Notes: generated by a model from the letters alone, not told the origin. Shown: positions 15,286 to 25,078, counted from the stretch's first letter. The stretch is 31,553 nucleotides of DNA from a virus (IMGVR_UViG_3300020045_004320:1-31553); one strand, 5' to 3'. Numbers and translations: made by a program.

Positions 15286-18200
15286 CTATTTCCCCCTGGC
15301 CGCTTCTTGAATCGAAACTCTCACCGGGCCTGATTTGGTCCATGACGGGAAGCGCGATTGTACCAGCGACACCACTTCGTTTGCAACCTCTTTTGAGTCA
15401 CCGCCATAAGCATTTATGGTGATGTTAACCACGCCGCCTTCGGATGCAGAAGCACTCTCCTCGCTCGTCGGATATTTCCTATCATCCTCAACTGCTGTTA
15501 TTGGGTATGTCGGAGATAACGATCCGTTTAAATATGCTTGTGTTTGGTCTGCATCCAGAACCCACTCGTCCGGGTGGAGAATGGCAAGCCCACCCGGGCC
15601 TGTGCTCCCGCCTGCGGCATATTTCGGAATGTCGGAAAGAACTGATGTGTTCTCCACGATCTGTCTGAGATAGTCCGCCTGCTCATACTGCAACTGGTAC
15701 TCTGATTTCATGATATCAGAAAACCCAAGAAGCTCATTCAGCCCGTTAAGCACGGTGGAGTATTCGCCCTGATAAGCCGAAGACGGCCTCTCGTAAGCCT
15801 CCTGTGAAAGGGTGAGCTGATCAGCGAAAAGGCCCTGAATCTTTTGGATGGCATCAGCCTGTTCTGAAACGCTTCCGAGACCACCGAGATATCCAGATAT
15901 CGATTGCCCACCAAGCATGTCCGAAAGTGCCGCTTTTTGGATCCCCAGTCGTTCGTAAACATCCGCCTGATTATCCGAGCTGGTTTGCATGCCAAGGATC
16001 TGATCCCGAATCGACTCCGACAAATCCTTGAAGGTGTCCCTGGTGGATTCTGCTTCATCGGATAGCCCGGTGAACACACCGGCGAGGGTTGTGGAATCTG
16101 ATTCCAGCTCTTGCCATGTCATCCCCAGACTACCCGCGAAGGCATTAAACTCTTCGAATGTCATTTCAAGAATCGGCTTGATGCCGGTGTTGTAAATCTC
16201 CGCGTAATCCCATTTACCGGTAGACCCGAAATTGCTTCCCCAATTATATTTCTGACCCAAAGTGTTAAGGGTTAAATCATTTCCGGACATCCCCGTAAGG
16301 CCCATTTTGAAAACGGAAAAGCCTTTAGCCGCTTCGTGAAGTTCAAGGATTTTATCTATCACAGATCCAAGATCGGCGATAACCTGATCAGTGGTAATAC
16401 CGAATTGGTGGGCAACATCTTTGAGCGAATCAGGGTTAGAGAGAAACCCCATATACGCCGATCCCACTGCTTTCTCATCTAATAAATCAGATGGGGATTT
16501 TCCGTACCGCGCCCCAAGCATTTCCATGTCATTCGTCGATTCCCACTTTGACCTTAGCGCCAGAAGTTGAGCGCCCAAAGTAGAAGCTTCTCCGACCTCT
16601 AAAACGGCGTCCATCAATGCCCCGAGATCTGTAATTACTTGATCCGTGGTAACGCCAAATTGATCTGCAACGGCAACAAGTGCTTGCGGGTCATCGATAA
16701 AAGCTTGGTAGGCTCCTGCAATCGCGTCTTTGTTCGTCGCTTGCGCAGCAGAAATGCCGTACCGATCGGCGATCATTTCAACTGCATTTGTCTTTTCCCA
16801 TTTCGATCTGAGCGCACGAAGTTTTGTTTCGATATCCGCATTGTATTTCTCGGTGTAATTTGCAATTGCTTCAGCTCGTTTTTCTTCAAGCGCTGTGTAT
16901 TCGGTTGTGGCAGCCCCAAGCTGATAAAGCGTTGACATTAAGCTGTCGAATTGGGTGTCTATTCCTGCGATTCCGGTTTCGAAAGCGTTCAGCGGATTCA
17001 ATATTTTTTCAACCGTGTCATCGACAGTTTTGAAAGCAGATTCGAGTTGTCCAAACGATTCCAGCCATGCGCTTACCGTCTCCATGTAGGCGTCAAAGTC
17101 GGCGCCTTCGGCCATGCCATAATCAGCTGTGAAAATGCTCGTGTCGCCGAGAGACGTTTTCAGAATGTTGTTTTCCGACAGCCTGTCAAATAGCCCGGTA
17201 AGCGTTTGGTCGTTAACAAGGGATTGGGCATAATCCGTAAACCCCTTTTGAATCACCGGCTGGACGCCGTCATAAATTTCCTGAGTGAAAACAGTGAGGA
17301 TGTTGGTCATGCCCTCCTGGAATTTATCGGAGGCCAGCACCCATGATTTATCCTCGTTGAAGGAAAAGGTCAGCTTTTCGAGATTCGTCCTTATCCCAGC
17401 GGCTACGTCTTCAGGGAAAAGCTCAAGTGTTTCGCCTACGGATGCCCAAATTTTAGCCGCCGCTTCGTTGGTCGCGTCCTCAAGGGTACCAAAGGCTGAT
17501 CCGTAATACGGGTTTGTGGATGTGTCGGTGATGCTCCGGTTGCGGTATGCGTCGTAATCGTACCCTCCGGTGGAGTAGTTGACCTCTCCCCTGTAGGACA
17601 ATTCCGGGGAGGACAAAAGGGACATATGCCGGTTTCCATCGCCTCCGATGAAGGATGCGCCCACACCACCGAGTATGGACCCAACAACGGCTCCGACCAC
17701 ATTGCCGACACCCGGCCAATAACTGCCAAGCGCGGTACCGGCTTTGGCTCCGGCCCACATCCCCCCAACAGCCCCCACGCCGGCTCCGACAGCAGAGTAT
17801 TCCCCTTGCGGTAGACCGGTAGCATCAGCCAAAGCTCCGTATCCAATTGACCCTGCGGCATAAGCCATAAGATACGGGGATGCGGCTTTTAGAACTGAAG
17901 CGAACGAGCTTGCCTCTGCCGCGGCCCCGCCCATCTCGGCATTGATAGCCGCCCACTCAGATTGATACGCCGCCGCCTGAGAAGCGGTCCCGAGCATCGA
18001 CCCGGAAGATGTCCCACCGATCCAGCTTGAAAGCGAATTGTACCCGTTTTTCAAAAGGCCCAGCGTGTCCGATCCGGTGTTAAGCCAATTTGCGCTGTTA
18101 CCGCTTGCCATTGATGCAAAATATGCAGTTGAATCAGTTCCGCTCATCCCGGAAGTAAGCGCCTGCATAATGGGTACAATAATCGGCTTCGCTATAGCCT

Positions 18201-19716
18201 GTGCCTCCATTTCCGCCAGCATCCGGATAAAATAGTCTTTCATCCTATCGAGCAGACCACCCCAACCGTCTTCGGTATTCTTGAAAATGTCGTAAAACGT
18301 GTCCGCCGTTGCGTCCTGAACTCTTTCAAGATAGTGCTTGTTATCATCTTCCTGCTTTTTGAGAGAAGCCTTTGCATCGTCTTCGATTTTCTTTTTTGCG
18401 GCCTTCGCCGCCGCTATTTCGTCCTCCCACATTTCCCGATCAACGCGGCTTATTTCTTCAGCGTCATGTTTATCGTGTTCGGATTGCCAACCTCTATATT
18501 TTTTCTCTGCCCTGTCAAGCGATGAAAAATATTGTTCTAAAGCTTCATCTATGGCAGATATCTCTTTTTTTTGTTCTGATAAGCTTTTTTTGACCAATTC
18601 AGTAGTGGTCGGCAAAACATCTTTAGTTTTTTGAGCGTATAATTCCCACCCTTTAGTTGCAGAGTCTATTTTTCCCCTGTAGATTGATACCTCGCCAGTC
18701 ATTGACGCTACAGCCATTTCAAGGCTTTCGGAGTCCATGCCTTGAGCTTTTTCAAGGTCCTTTTTTATCGAAGCAAACCACCCGAGAACTTGAGCGAACT
18801 TTAACAAAATGCCCATTGATGTTATTGCGGTAGACCCAATATTGGCAAGTCCGTCGGCTATGTTTTTTAAAGACGATTGAGTTTCTGGCCTTTCAATTTC
18901 CTTGATAAACGACTTCATTTCTTCGGTTGCACGTTCTACAAGCTGAGATGTGGCAGGCCCAAAAGCAAGGCCCATTTTTACCTGAAAATCTTCAAGGTAT
19001 CTTTTGAATGAATTTATTTGCTTTCCTGCCGTTGTCATCGCTGCCTCGTATGTTCCCGCAATATCTTTTCCGGCAGACATGACGACGTTTAATCTTGCTT
19101 GGAGTTTTTCAGCTTCGGAAAGGCTTTCAGAAGTTTTGCCGAGTTGGCCGGCGATCGCTTTGTATGAGTTTTCAAAGTTTACGTTTAATCCTATGGATTT
19201 CAAAACTTCGATTTGAGCGGTCTGAATACCATACATCATTCGTTCTAACGCTTCGCTTGAATTGGTGTTACCAATAACAGCGGCATCTTGAGCTATTCTG
19301 GCAAGTTTTAATGAGTCTGAAAGCTGTATATGAGCCTGAACGGCTTTTATGGTAACTTCTCTCGAAATTGTCATGCTAATCCCGAGATTTTGCAAAGATT
19401 TTGCGTTTGACTCCATTTGATCGGCAGAATATTTTGCATTTCTACCGACAACGCCCATCACAACGCCAAGCGTTTCATATCTTGCACCTGCAAGCGCTAT
19501 GTCTGAAACAATCCCAGCGGACTTAATCAAAGCATAAGCAGCTGCTATGCCTTTAACAGCAACGGAAACCCTGTTAAAAGCCGATGTCATATTTGAAGCT
19601 GCTTTATCAACACTGCCCTCAAGACCCTTGATCTGGTTCATGGCCTTGTTTAAATCGGATTTAAGCCCGGCAAGGTCTCCTCGGATTGTTACGTATGCGG
19701 CGCCTAAACCGGGCAT
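15286..19716 (-). CDS. Tail tape measure protein
   Basis: 1476 aa, LGAAYVTIRGD N-terminus, Ala/Gly-rich helical sequence, follows the chaperone genes. Confidence 0.93.
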   Translation of the reverse strand: MPGLGAAYVTIRGDLAGLKSDLNKAMNQIKGLEGSVDKAASNMTSAFNRVSVAVKGIAAAYALIKSAGIVSDIALAGARYETLGVVMGVVGRNAKYSADQMESNAKSLQNLGISMTISREVTIKAVQAHIQLSDSLKLARIAQDAAVIGNTNSSEALERMMYGIQTAQIEVLKSIGLNVNFENSYKAIAGQLGKTSESLSEAEKLQARLNVVMSAGKDIAGTYEAAMTTAGKQINSFKRYLEDFQVKMGLAFGPATSQLVERATEEMKSFIKEIERPETQSSLKNIADGLANIGSTAITSMGILLKFAQVLGWFASIKKDLEKAQGMDSESLEMAVASMTGEVSIYRGKIDSATKGWELYAQKTKDVLPTTTELVKKSLSEQKKEISAIDEALEQYFSSLDRAEKKYRGWQSEHDKHDAEEISRVDREMWEDEIAAAKAAKKKIEDDAKASLKKQEDDNKHYLERVQDATADTFYDIFKNTEDGWGGLLDRMKDYFIRMLAEMEAQAIAKPIIVPIMQALTSGMSGTDSTAYFASMASGNSANWLNTGSDTLGLLKNGYNSLSSWIGGTSSGSMLGTASQAAAYQSEWAAINAEMGGAAAEASSFASVLKAASPYLMAYAAGSIGYGALADATGLPQGEYSAVGAGVGAVGGMWAGAKAGTALGSYWPGVGNVVGAVVGSILGGVGASFIGGDGNRHMSLLSSPELSYRGEVNYSTGGYDYDAYRNRSITDTSTNPYYGSAFGTLEDATNEAAAKIWASVGETLELFPEDVAAGIRTNLEKLTFSFNEDKSWVLASDKFQEGMTNILTVFTQEIYDGVQPVIQKGFTDYAQSLVNDQTLTGLFDRLSENNILKTSLGDTSIFTADYGMAEGADFDAYMETVSAWLESFGQLESAFKTVDDTVEKILNPLNAFETGIAGIDTQFDSLMSTLYQLGAATTEYTALEEKRAEAIANYTEKYNADIETKLRALRSKWEKTNAVEMIADRYGISAAQATNKDAIAGAYQAFIDDPQALVAVADQFGVTTDQVITDLGALMDAVLEVGEASTLGAQLLALRSKWESTNDMEMLGARYGKSPSDLLDEKAVGSAYMGFLSNPDSLKDVAHQFGITTDQVIADLGSVIDKILELHEAAKGFSVFKMGLTGMSGNDLTLNTLGQKYNWGSNFGSTGKWDYAEIYNTGIKPILEMTFEEFNAFAGSLGMTWQELESDSTTLAGVFTGLSDEAESTRDTFKDLSESIRDQILGMQTSSDNQADVYERLGIQKAALSDMLGGQSISGYLGGLGSVSEQADAIQKIQGLFADQLTLSQEAYERPSSAYQGEYSTVLNGLNELLGFSDIMKSEYQLQYEQADYLRQIVENTSVLSDIPKYAAGGSTGPGGLAILHPDEWVLDADQTQAYLNGSLSPTYPITAVEDDRKYPTSEESASASEGGVVNITINAYGGDSKEVANEVVSLVQSRFPSWTKSGPVRVSIQEAARGK

Positions 19717-19719
19717 TGT

Positions 19720-20079
19720 CTACTCCTCTGCTGGCTGCTGGTTTGAAAATTTTTCTCGAATCGATTTTATTTCCTGCCGTGCAAGTATCAGCACCTTAAA
19801 CCCTACGACCCCCCGGTGCTTTCTTTTCACTCCCATCCATGCCATCATTGTTTCAACGGCAGGGATTGATATATCTACCGGAACCCCGTTCATTCCCTGC
19901 GTTATCAACTGCCCCCTGCACTGAGAATAAACCCGGTAAGCCATTACATTTTCAGGCCTGAGTGCAACCGGCATACACTCATCGCATTTTGGAGATTCAC
20001 CGTATAGCGCCCAAGTTTTTTCACACAATTCGCAATCGAATTTTTCAGCCGATTGGGCGCTATACTCTATCAGTTTTTT
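19720..20079 (-). CDS. Tail assembly chaperone, frameshifted gpT-like part
   Basis: The -1 frame is open from the slippery site: KLIEYSAQSAEKFDCELCEKTW... Confidence 0.8.
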   Translation of the reverse strand, partial: KKLIEYSAQSAEKFDCELCEKTWALYGESPKCDECMPVALRPENVMAYRVYSQCRGQLITQGMNGVPVDISIPAVETMMAWMGVKRKHRGVVGFKVLILARQEIKSIREKFSNQQPAEE

Positions 20080-20492
20080 TCCGATTCCTTGATGGCCTCA
20101 TTGACATCAGGAGTCAGTTTTTCGAGACACTTATCCACGAACGAATAAAACGCCGGCCACTTGCTCATGAACCTGATTTTGTTTTCAGTGGTGCAAGGGA
20201 TGGCGTTCTTATCCTTGTCGAAGAAGCCGCCCCAATCCATGATGGTGTAGTCCCAAAGGAGTTCTCGGAGTTTTTTGTCATCCGTTTTTTGGTTCTCGAA
20301 GCGCTGAAGCGGCCCATGCTTTGAGGTCTTTTTGTACTCGATCTCTGTCGTTATGCACTGCTCACGGATGCTGTCCATCGCCTCGTTTGACGAGGATCGA
20401 ACCTTCACCCACGAAACAGTTTTGCCTTTTTCTGTTACCTCAAAATCGAACTTGGCGCCCGGATTCAATTCTTCCAAATTCACAATTGTCAT
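20070..20492 (-). CDS. Tail assembly chaperone (gpG-like)
   Basis: Lies between the major tail and tape measure genes. DWGGFFD...IPCT.ENK motif, ends EKN*. Confidence 0.88.
   Translation of the reverse strand: MTIVNLEELNPGAKFDFEVTEKGKTVSWVKVRSSSNEAMDSIREQCITTEIEYKKTSKHGPLQRFENQKTDDKKLRELLWDYTIMDWGGFFDKDKNAIPCTTENKIRFMSKWPAFYSFVDKCLEKLTPDVNEAIKESEKN
20073..20079 (-). promoter_or_regulatory. Programmed -1 frameshift slippery site A AAA AAC
   Basis: GAA AAA AAC TGA at the end of the gpG-like gene; the -1 frame joins ORF 19720..20028. Confidence 0.85.
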
Positions 20493-20590
20493 GCTTGCCC
20501 CTCTTTCATTTGGTGCCCCGATCAGTAAAAAGTTTTGGGGAGAACCGGCCGGGGCAAACCGGATTCGGATTTCTCCTATCTCCCCAAGAT
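20493..20590 (-). promoter_or_regulatory. Structured intergenic RNA with a possible pseudoknot upstream of the chaperone gene
   Basis: 9-bp outer stem 20535-20543 / 20579-20587. The inner loop UUUGCCCCGG is complementary to two downstream GGGGCA boxes. Confidence 0.5.
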
Positions 20591-20592
20591 TG

Positions 20593-21060
20593 TTAAACCA
20601 AAACCATTACGCCGCTGATCTTCATCGTAAAGCTTGCCGTACCGAGCCCGGCCTTGTCAGCTCCGATCGGGCATGACATGACGTTCACGTGGCTCAAAAC
20701 CGTGTTGTAACCGGTTGAGTCGGCACCGGGCCCCCAGTATCCGGTTGACCGGCACGGTTCATAATAACTCGTGTTGTTGACATACAGCCGGAGGTTTGTA
20801 ATGTCGGTGGGCGGGTCAGCAATTTGCGCTTTTCTCAACGTGTTTTGCCCAGTGGTGTCTCCAAGTTTGTAAAGACCGTTGAATGTGATCTGCCCACCGT
20901 CATTCAGGCCAAACTCATAAGATTTCCAAGAATCTCCAAGCTCGGTATCATCGTACTGATCTGTCGTGATGCCGTCCATGTTCCACGTTCCCATACCAAG
21001 TACGGTATTTGTTCCGAGGGCCACTTTACAGTGTTTTCCAATTATCGAAGTTCCAGCCAT
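20593..21060 (-). CDS. Major tail (tube) protein
   Basis: D.TELGDSWKSY..GL.DGG.ITFNG...ASFTMKISG, upstream of the chaperones. Confidence 0.88.
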   Translation of the reverse strand: MAGTSIIGKHCKVALGTNTVLGMGTWNMDGITTDQYDDTELGDSWKSYEFGLNDGGQITFNGLYKLGDTTGQNTLRKAQIADPPTDITNLRLYVNNTSYYEPCRSTGYWGPGADSTGYNTVLSHVNVMSCPIGADKAGLGTASFTMKISGVMVLV

Positions 21061-21102
21061 TTGTTTTTCTCCCTGTTGATTTTAAAGTCCGCGCCCCGGA
21101 TT

Positions 21103-22326
21103 TTACTTGATGCCGTTCAGCTTTTTAAAAAGTAATCTTGTTTTTTCATTGACCTCAAAAATCGACATGTGGCCAATCTGTATTGATGTGTCCACGTAGA
21201 TCGGTATTCCTTTTTCTGCCAGCTTCATGCAAAAATTTATGTCCTCTCCAACCGGTTGCCCTTCTGCGCCTTTGCCAAACTCGAACCATGGCCCTCGAAT
21301 CTCGTTGAAAACACTGCAATCATACATGATGCATCCAGTTCCGGTGGCGTCCACCCGGACTATATCTCCGGAATACGCCTCATCCTCCGGTATCGAATAA
21401 AATTTTCCAACCTCACCACGGAGCAGGATGTTGTCAAACGGTGGATACCGGCGATGAACCGGCGCCGACACAACCCGGGCCTTGTGAGAAAGCAGTTTTT
21501 CAATTGTCTTTTCGTCACGGTAAATCTGATCAGTGTCCATCATCAAAAGATGGGTGCATCCCTCATAAAGAGCCTGTTCGACAATGTTATTCCGGACGGC
21601 CGCAATGTCACGCGGGAACTCTCCAACCGGAAACGCCGGCAAAAGCAAGGTATACCCGGGAGAATCGAGAGACAAAAAGCTTGTCATGAATGACAGAAAA
21701 ACTTTTGAATCAATAACCGGAAACCCAATTCCTAATTTAAACCCGTACCTATCGCGTTTCCGTCGGCAATACGTGTTCCAGTCATCATGCCGATAATCTT
21801 CTGAGTAAACCCGCTCGTAATCGCTGTCAGTTTCGGCAGTTCCGAAAATAGGGTGCTTGTGAGTCAGCACGGCCTCGTCGCAAAAAACAAATCGGCCATG
21901 TTCTTTCGCAATGTCGGTCAACTCATGATCGCACCAGCAATGCCGGTATTCCGTGTTGAAAAATTCTCCACCGAGAAGTGGAAGCATTCTTTTGTCGGCA
22001 AGGAAGTGGGCCGCGTGTTTGGATTCCTGAGAATTTAGCCCTACAACGCCCCAACCGTTAGGTAGCCGAGCCATTGCTTCGGAAGCCTCCATAAGCCAAT
22101 ATTGAGACTCAGGGAACGTATCGTCACCTATAAAACAAACAGCGTAGCCCTTCGACTTTTCAACAAGCCGCTTCAGCATTTTGGGGCAGCCTATTCTTTC
22201 AGTGTCTTCTTCTGCTATAATTTCATAATCATAGCCTTCGGTAAGAATCGTCAGAGATTCCCGAATGCGATCGATCAGCTTCGGCATATTTTGCGGCCGG
22301 ATGTAGGGGATGCAAATCGATATCAT
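21103..22326 (-). CDS. Glycosyltransferase with two tandem GT-A (GT2-like) domains
   Basis: Domain 1: ISICIP...FIGDD...HCWCD.EL. Domain 2: RNNIV..AL...THLLMMDTD...TGTGC...GEDINFC...IGH. Start 22326 with GGAGG RBS and ATGA overlap. Confidence 0.9.
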   Translation of the reverse strand: MISICIPYIRPQNMPKLIDRIRESLTILTEGYDYEIIAEEDTERIGCPKMLKRLVEKSKGYAVCFIGDDTFPESQYWLMEASEAMARLPNGWGVVGLNSQESKHAAHFLADKRMLPLLGGEFFNTEYRHCWCDHELTDIAKEHGRFVFCDEAVLTHKHPIFGTAETDSDYERVYSEDYRHDDWNTYCRRKRDRYGFKLGIGFPVIDSKVFLSFMTSFLSLDSPGYTLLLPAFPVGEFPRDIAAVRNNIVEQALYEGCTHLLMMDTDQIYRDEKTIEKLLSHKARVVSAPVHRRYPPFDNILLRGEVGKFYSIPEDEAYSGDIVRVDATGTGCIMYDCSVFNEIRGPWFEFGKGAEGQPVGEDINFCMKLAEKGIPIYVDTSIQIGHMSIFEVNEKTRLLFKKLNGIK

Positions 22327-23033
22327 ATCGGCGCCTCCCATTCATGGCCGCACTCGCCGCAAACGAATTGTTGCCGCTCATCACCGAGCGCTGTTGTTTC
22401 AATGGCGCTGTCAGATCCGCATTGCTGACACGGGTTCAATGGAGCGTCCGTGGCAGTGTCTTCTTTCCCATCAAAATGGTCAATCCAGCAAGGCTCCGCG
22501 TACCCATCGCCTTTGATGGCATGCAAAATGCCGTGTGTGTGGACGATGCCCCATTTTTCGTTTGTGACATGATCCTCTGACTGGCCGACAAATTTTGCAG
22601 TTATTCCGTAGAGCCTCCGGTGCTCATCATCGGTGTAATAGAGCCATGAGGCAGCATTCCAAAACGATACATGATGTGGGTCGCTGAACGCCCCGCGGCC
22701 ATCGGTTGACGGCGTTAAGTGCTCAAGAATACCACCCGGCTTGAGAACCCGGTAAATGTCTTCGATTACCGAAACAACCTTTCCGGCCGGAACATGCTCA
22801 AGGAAATCAGTTGCAAGAACATAGTCAACTGAATCGTCATCGAAAGGAAGCCCGGAAACGACATCACACAGCAAATCCGGCTTGCACTCTTCCCTGTTGT
22901 CGATATTTACAAACCCTTCTCTCGGCCGGTATCCACTCCCCAAATTTAATTTGATTTCTATCCTAAATGATCCTGAACCTAATATTTCTTCACCGCTCAA
23001 TGTCATTTTTACTTTTTTGACCTGTGTGCTCAT
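22323..23033 (-). CDS. Class I SAM-dependent methyltransferase with a C-terminal Zn ribbon
   Basis: LNLGSG, LPFDDDSVD, FLEH, RVLKPGG and DP.H motifs, with a CQQC...CGEC tail. Confidence 0.9.
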   Translation of the reverse strand: MSTQVKKVKMTLSGEEILGSGSFRIEIKLNLGSGYRPREGFVNIDNREECKPDLLCDVVSGLPFDDDSVDYVLATDFLEHVPAGKVVSVIEDIYRVLKPGGILEHLTPSTDGRGAFSDPHHVSFWNAASWLYYTDDEHRRLYGITAKFVGQSEDHVTNEKWGIVHTHGILHAIKGDGYAEPCWIDHFDGKEDTATDAPLNPCQQCGSDSAIETTALGDERQQFVCGECGHEWEAPI

Positions 23034-23042
23034 AGCGCCCCG

Positions 23043-23435
23043 CTACTTTTCAATCAAAAGGTTATAGATTACTGTGAATTGCCTTACCCCGTTTTCTCCG
23101 TCAGATAGCGAAATTATCCTTTCCCGTTGCATATAAACGCTCGTATACCCGGTAACCGACAATGAGCAATCGTCATAAAGCGCTGTCAAATTTGACAATA
23201 ATCCGGTGATCTCAACTTCGCTTGCTGAGTTCGAAAAAATACTGATTTGAACATCAACATCTTCAAAATCATCCGTAAAATTCCAATCGTGATCCGTTTC
23301 GGGGAGAGCAACAACAGCGTACGGAAAAACAGGCAGCGACGGCGCAAACCGGCTATACATCCGCGAACCGATAGCGGTTGCGAAGGCCGATCCTGAAAAC
23401 TTTGAGAAAATGCCTGTTAAAACAGCGCCGATCAT
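23043..23435 (-). CDS. Tail terminator / completion protein (DUF3168-like)
   Basis: AP....FPYAV...VQISIFS pattern and position. Confidence 0.8.
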   Translation of the reverse strand: MIGAVLTGIFSKFSGSAFATAIGSRMYSRFAPSLPVFPYAVVALPETDHDWNFTDDFEDVDVQISIFSNSASEVEITGLLSNLTALYDDCSLSVTGYTSVYMQRERIISLSDGENGVRQFTVIYNLLIEK

Positions 23436-23722
23436 TCGATAAATCCTATTTTAACCCCATTTTTTAACAAAGGACCTGATCCGCCGAACGTTGCCCCCCA
23501 ATCGTTTAGCGATAGCATATGTGCTTTCCCAGAATATCCGTTACCGATATACTCTTCTATTTCAATTTCATTTTTTATAAATGCTTCAATGTTTTGAACA
23601 GCAACATCCCAATAAACCGGCCCGTATTCATAGTGCCCATCTTCAAGTGATCTTTCAAAAGTGCAACGAGCCGTTACAATCGAGCCGTTTTCTAAGTATT
23701 TTTTATAAATAGTTCTTATCAT
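23432..23722 (-). CDS. Hypothetical protein inserted in the neck module
   Basis: AT-rich, ATGA overlaps on both sides. Confidence 0.65.
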   Translation of the reverse strand: MIRTIYKKYLENGSIVTARCTFERSLEDGHYEYGPVYWDVAVQNIEAFIKNEIEIEEYIGNGYSGKAHMLSLNDWGATFGGSGPLLKNGVKIGFIE

Positions 23723-24162
23723 TCTACGTTTTGCCCCACCGCCAGTGCTTCAACCATCATTTTCCGGAACATCCGGCGCACTTTTTTAACTGCCGGCCGA
23801 AGGTATGGCCGCCCCTCAAAATGTGGACCTTCCTTGCTGTTGCCTTTTTTTCGGGAATACTTTCCCCAAAGCGAATAATGCCCGCCAAGCTCTATGAAAC
23901 TGGCATAATACCGGTTGTAATTCCCTGGCCCCTGCGCGACCACAACAAGCCCACCGTGTTTGTATTTGCTTTTCCTGATATCAATCTGGTTTACGAGATC
24001 TCCGGACTCAACCGCAAGGTTGACCCGCAAGTTCCTCTTAGCATAGTCAACAACGAGATCGGCCGCTTTGTCGACAACTCCATCAACCTCTCTTTCAGCA
24101 AGAGAAATCAACTCGTCGTCCTTCCAGTCGATCTTTATGTTAGATCCTCGGTAATGGCGCAT
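23719..24162 (-). CDS. HK97 gp10-like neck protein
   Basis: V.SG.L..I...YYASFIELG...RPYLRPA. GGAAG before ATG 24162. Confidence 0.88.
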   Translation of the reverse strand: MRHYRGSNIKIDWKDDELISLAEREVDGVVDKAADLVVDYAKRNLRVNLAVESGDLVNQIDIRKSKYKHGGLVVVAQGPGNYNRYYASFIELGGHYSLWGKYSRKKGNSKEGPHFEGRPYLRPAVKKVRRMFRKMMVEALAVGQNVE

Positions 24163-24479
24163 CAGACTTCCTCTTTGCAAACCAAATCCAAAAATTCGTT
24201 TTTCTCTTCAGGATTAACGACTGAAATTATATTAAAAATTCTCGTCCCGAACTTTGCGCGCCACCATGTAGCAACCCCTTCGTAATATCTGACCCTGATC
24301 CTATGAGAGATAGTCCCCTGCACAGCCATATTATTAACTTGTTCTCTCCCTGATACAGGCCATATCGCCGCCCAGGTAGTTATGCTATCGTTCCATGTTT
24401 GTATTGTGCCGCCCATGGAATCCGAGACTGTATTTGCATACTGCAAAACAACCCTCTTGTTTAGCTGGCCTATCCTCAA
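24162..24479 (-). CDS. Head closure / head-tail adaptor (SPP1 gp16-like)
   Basis: MRIGQLNKRV...D.MGG....W....WA.I.P.SGRE...HRIRVRY. Confidence 0.92.
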   Translation of the reverse strand: MRIGQLNKRVVLQYANTVSDSMGGTIQTWNDSITTWAAIWPVSGREQVNNMAVQGTISHRIRVRYYEGVATWWRAKFGTRIFNIISVVNPEEKNEFLDLVCKEEV

Positions 24480-25078
24480 AAATCACCCCATAGCCTATGA
24501 CTCGAAAGAAGGCTGTTTACAGTTTTATTCTCAATAAAAGCCTGCCCAGATTGACCAAAAACCTGCGATTCCCGGTTTGAATAAAGATCGGCGCAAATCA
24601 TTTTGATGGCCGCCTTTATGTTTCCTGGAACAACGTCTCTTGACACCCACCCGCAAATAAACCTGATTGTAATCGGGTTGCTCGGATAAAGAGTACCGGA
24701 CGGCCATGAAGTGGCGTAAGGTAAAACAACGCGACCATGCCCTTCTCCGTTCGTTTCAACGAGGTAATCAGTTGCAACCGTCAATGTTGTTTCTGATCCT
24801 GCCGTGTCTTGGTGCTTTACACTCTCAACCGATTGAAGATTACCAAAAGGGATTGTTATAAAATTTTTATCCGGCCACTCATCCAGGCAATATTCCCATG
24901 TTTGGGTCATCAAAGCGCGTCGCGTAATGCTTTCAACATAAACCCTTGCTGATGTAACGGTCTCGTCAATCAAAACAGAATCGGCAGTAGAAGAATCCAC
25001 GTCAAGCCGCAAATGCGTTTCAACCTCTTCGTATGTCACTGGTTCAATTGACGGACCTGTTACCAGCAGTATTTTCAT
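24476..25078 (-). CDS. Head-tail connector (gp6-like)
   Basis: EPVT.EEV..HLR.D...ITRRALMTQTW...VP..IK.AI......Y.NRE. Confidence 0.92.
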   Translation of the reverse strand: MKILLVTGPSIEPVTYEEVETHLRLDVDSSTADSVLIDETVTSARVYVESITRRALMTQTWEYCLDEWPDKNFITIPFGNLQSVESVKHQDTAGSETTLTVATDYLVETNGEGHGRVVLPYATSWPSGTLYPSNPITIRFICGWVSRDVVPGNIKAAIKMICADLYSNRESQVFGQSGQAFIENKTVNSLLSSHRLWGDF

